Shown piece after piece: positions 57,060-59,012 of a stretch of 59,012 nt of DNA (position 1 is its first letter; every line of letters begins with the position of its first letter). The notes beneath the pieces are model-generated. The model saw nothing but the letters and a program-made list of their open reading frames with translations. It made no database searches and was not told the DNA's origin. The stretch spans positions 1 to 59,012 of the forward strand of contig JBDRRP010000054.1 of NCBI GenBank assembly GCA_043825735.1, in the 5' to 3' direction. The position numbers and the translations under genes were made by a program. The stretch is from Pseudomonadota bacterium (lineage in GTDB: Bacteria > Desulfobacterota > Desulfobacteria > Desulfobacterales > JBDRRP01).

Positions 57060-58514
57060 TTAGAAGAATATAAGGGTGACCACGGCAAATGTCGGTATTA
57101 AAAACACCAGTGAATATTTGATAATATACCCAAAGAAACTCGGCATCGGGGTGCCGGCTTCCTCGGCGATGGAGCGGACCATGAAATTGGGCGCGTTGCC
57201 GATGTAGCTGCACGCTCCGAAAAATACCGCGCCCGCCGAAATGGCCTTCAGGAATATTGCGTTTTCGGTCATGAGCAGCGGCACGGCAACGTTTTCCGGC
57301 ATCCCCGAATACAGACCGCCCTGGATGGTGTTGAAAAAAGTCAGGTAGGTGGGCGCGTTGTCCAGAAAGCTCGACAGGGTGCCCGTGACCCAGAAATAGT
57401 GGGCGGGTGTCTGCACGGCGGCAATGAGAAACTTCAATGCCCCATGATAGCCCGCCTTGAGAATGAGCAGGCAGGGAATCATGGTGATGAAGATGCCGAT
57501 GAACAGGTAGGCCACTTCGATGATGGGAAACCAGGTAAACGCGTTGTCTTCCCGCAGGCTCACCCGGGTAGTGGCCATGGAGAGGAGACCCATCACGATG
57601 AGGATGGCGTCCCGCGCCCAGTCCTGCACTGCCCGGTGCACGCCAAAGGTGTTGACCTCCCCCCAGTCCACCAGGCCGCTCATGAGCACGGCGCCCACCA
57701 CGCCGGCAAGAAAGGCGAAATTGTGGATGCCGTCGAGTTTCAACCGCGCTTTGGCGCCATCGTCGGGCGGCGCGCCCGGCTCCTTTCGGTAGTAATACAG
57801 ATCGAGGAAAAAATAGATGACCAGCAGTATCCCCGCCGCTACGAGCATGTGAGGTATGAGCCGCATGGTCCAGAAGAAACTCACCCCGTGGAGAAACCCT
57901 AAAAACAGCGGCGGATCGCCGAGCGGGGTGAGCGATCCGCCGATATTGGCCACCAGGAAAATAAAGAACACCACCATGAAGGTGCGCTGCTTGCGGTGGG
58001 CATTGGCCCTTAGAAACGGCCGAATCATCAGCATGGCCGCCCCGGTCGTGCCCATCCAGGACGCCAGGAGTGTACCGATGATGAGCATGACCACATTGAC
58101 CAGCGGCGTGCCGCGCAGCTGTCCCCTCAGGAGGATTCCTCCGCTGATGGTATACAGGGACCAGAGCAGGATGATGAAGGGGACGTAGTCGGCCAGCAGG
58201 ATGTGAATGATCTGGTATAGGGCGGCGCCCCGGTAGGAATAAAGAAAGGGCAGCGCCAGGCAGGCGGCCCAGAAGGCGGAGACCTTGCCAAAGTGGTGAT
58301 GCCAGAAAGCGGGTGCCAGCAGCGGCATCAGTGCGATGGAAAGCAGCATGCCGGCAAAGGGAATGCAACTCCACAGGGGCAATTGGGCGCCGATGGCCTC
58401 CCCGCTGTGCCCACCGCCACCGCTGCCGATGGCGATGCCTGCGGCAAGGACCAAAAAGCCTGCTGAGCCGATGGTGATCGCTGTCCATTTCCAGAAGGCG
58501 GGGCTGCATCTCAT
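57060..58514 (-). CDS. Putative Na+/H+ antiporter (ion transporter superfamily)
   Basis: PFAGMLLSIA, GTTGA, ANIGGSLTPLGDPPLFLGF, SSFLDNAPTY and YIGNAPNFMV. ATG at 58514 has AAGGAG upstream. Confidence 0.88.
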   Translation of the reverse strand: MRCSPAFWKWTAITIGSAGFLVLAAGIAIGSGGGGHSGEAIGAQLPLWSCIPFAGMLLSIALMPLLAPAFWHHHFGKVSAFWAACLALPFLYSYRGAALYQIIHILLADYVPFIILLWSLYTISGGILLRGQLRGTPLVNVVMLIIGTLLASWMGTTGAAMLMIRPFLRANAHRKQRTFMVVFFIFLVANIGGSLTPLGDPPLFLGFLHGVSFFWTMRLIPHMLVAAGILLVIYFFLDLYYYRKEPGAPPDDGAKARLKLDGIHNFAFLAGVVGAVLMSGLVDWGEVNTFGVHRAVQDWARDAILIVMGLLSMATTRVSLREDNAFTWFPIIEVAYLFIGIFITMIPCLLILKAGYHGALKFLIAAVQTPAHYFWVTGTLSSFLDNAPTYLTFFNTIQGGLYSGMPENVAVPLLMTENAIFLKAISAGAVFFGACSYIGNAPNFMVRSIAEEAGTPMPSFFGYIIKYSLVFLIPTFAVVTLIFF

Positions 58515-58899
58515 GGCGGGCTCCTTACGGGTGTCGATCCAGAAACCGACCGCTGACAAGGAAACGGGCCGCTGGGCGGACCGGGTGGGCCCACCGGTAC
58601 CGTAAAAAAAAGGTGCCTGCGCTCGTTCGGAACACGGCGGACAGTGTGAATGGACGGCCGGCGGATCGTCCGTCAACAGGGGCGTCGGTGATGCCCGGAG
58701 TCCTTGCCGGCATACCGGCACCTCACAGCACTTACACCAGGCAATCCTTTGATTGTCAAGGTGTTAGGTAGATGCCAGCGCTTTCGGAGGCGCTTTGCGT
58801 CAAGTGCGGCAGTCTCTGCTGCGGCCAACTGAAACCGCGTTTTTGAGCATAAGGCTTCGCGCTGTGGGATTTCAGGCCAAAAGGACCAAAAGGGCACAG

Positions 58900-59012
58900 C
58901 GATCCCAACGATCCCAACGATCCCAACGATCCCAACGATCCCAACGATCCCAACGATCCCAACGATCCCAACGATCCCAACGATCCCAACGATCCCAACG
59001 ATCCCAACGATC
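58900..59012. repeat. Perfect 9-bp tandem repeat (GATCCCAAC), 12 full copies plus a partial, running off the window
   Basis: Read directly from the sequence. Confidence 0.95.

Noticed and set aside
58756..59007. GSL-repeat ORF
   Set aside because: Simply the translation of the 9-bp tandem repeat; no RBS or real start visible.
3144..59012. CRISPR array interpretation of the short repeats
   Set aside because: Units are 6-9 nt, contiguous and inverted, with no unique spacers and no cas genes.

Overview
This is a GC-rich bacterial window whose gene set (oxaloacetate decarboxylase, Mrp antiporter with three MrpD-like subunits, DUF362/polyferredoxin pair, core methionine synthase, many PAS kinases) suggests an anaerobic Desulfobacterales-like deltaproteobacterium; that assignment is inference. 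It begins inside an IS3-family element that has truncated mltC. It then runs through housekeeping and metabolic genes (EamA transporters, SEC-C-fused Map, oadGAB, lgt, thiMED, tpx, penicillin acylase, a peptide ABC transporter), two signal-transduction clusters, an Mrp Na+/H+ antiporter operon and a USP/kinase/antiporter operon. It ends in a 9-bp tandem array. The most striking signal is non-coding. A GxxExxY (PD-(D/E)XK nuclease-like) gene is enclosed by a 27-bp inverted repeat built from 8-nt periodic units. About a dozen gene-less palindromic elements with the same arm architecture (CRCRRMG units at an 8-9 nt period around an AT-rich spacer) fill the intergenic spaces. They are often wrapped in a second TTGATGG..CGTAAAAAG terminal repeat and nested inside one another. 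This resembles an autonomous/non-autonomous repeat system analogous to RAYT/REP(IN), with GxxExxY as the candidate nuclease.
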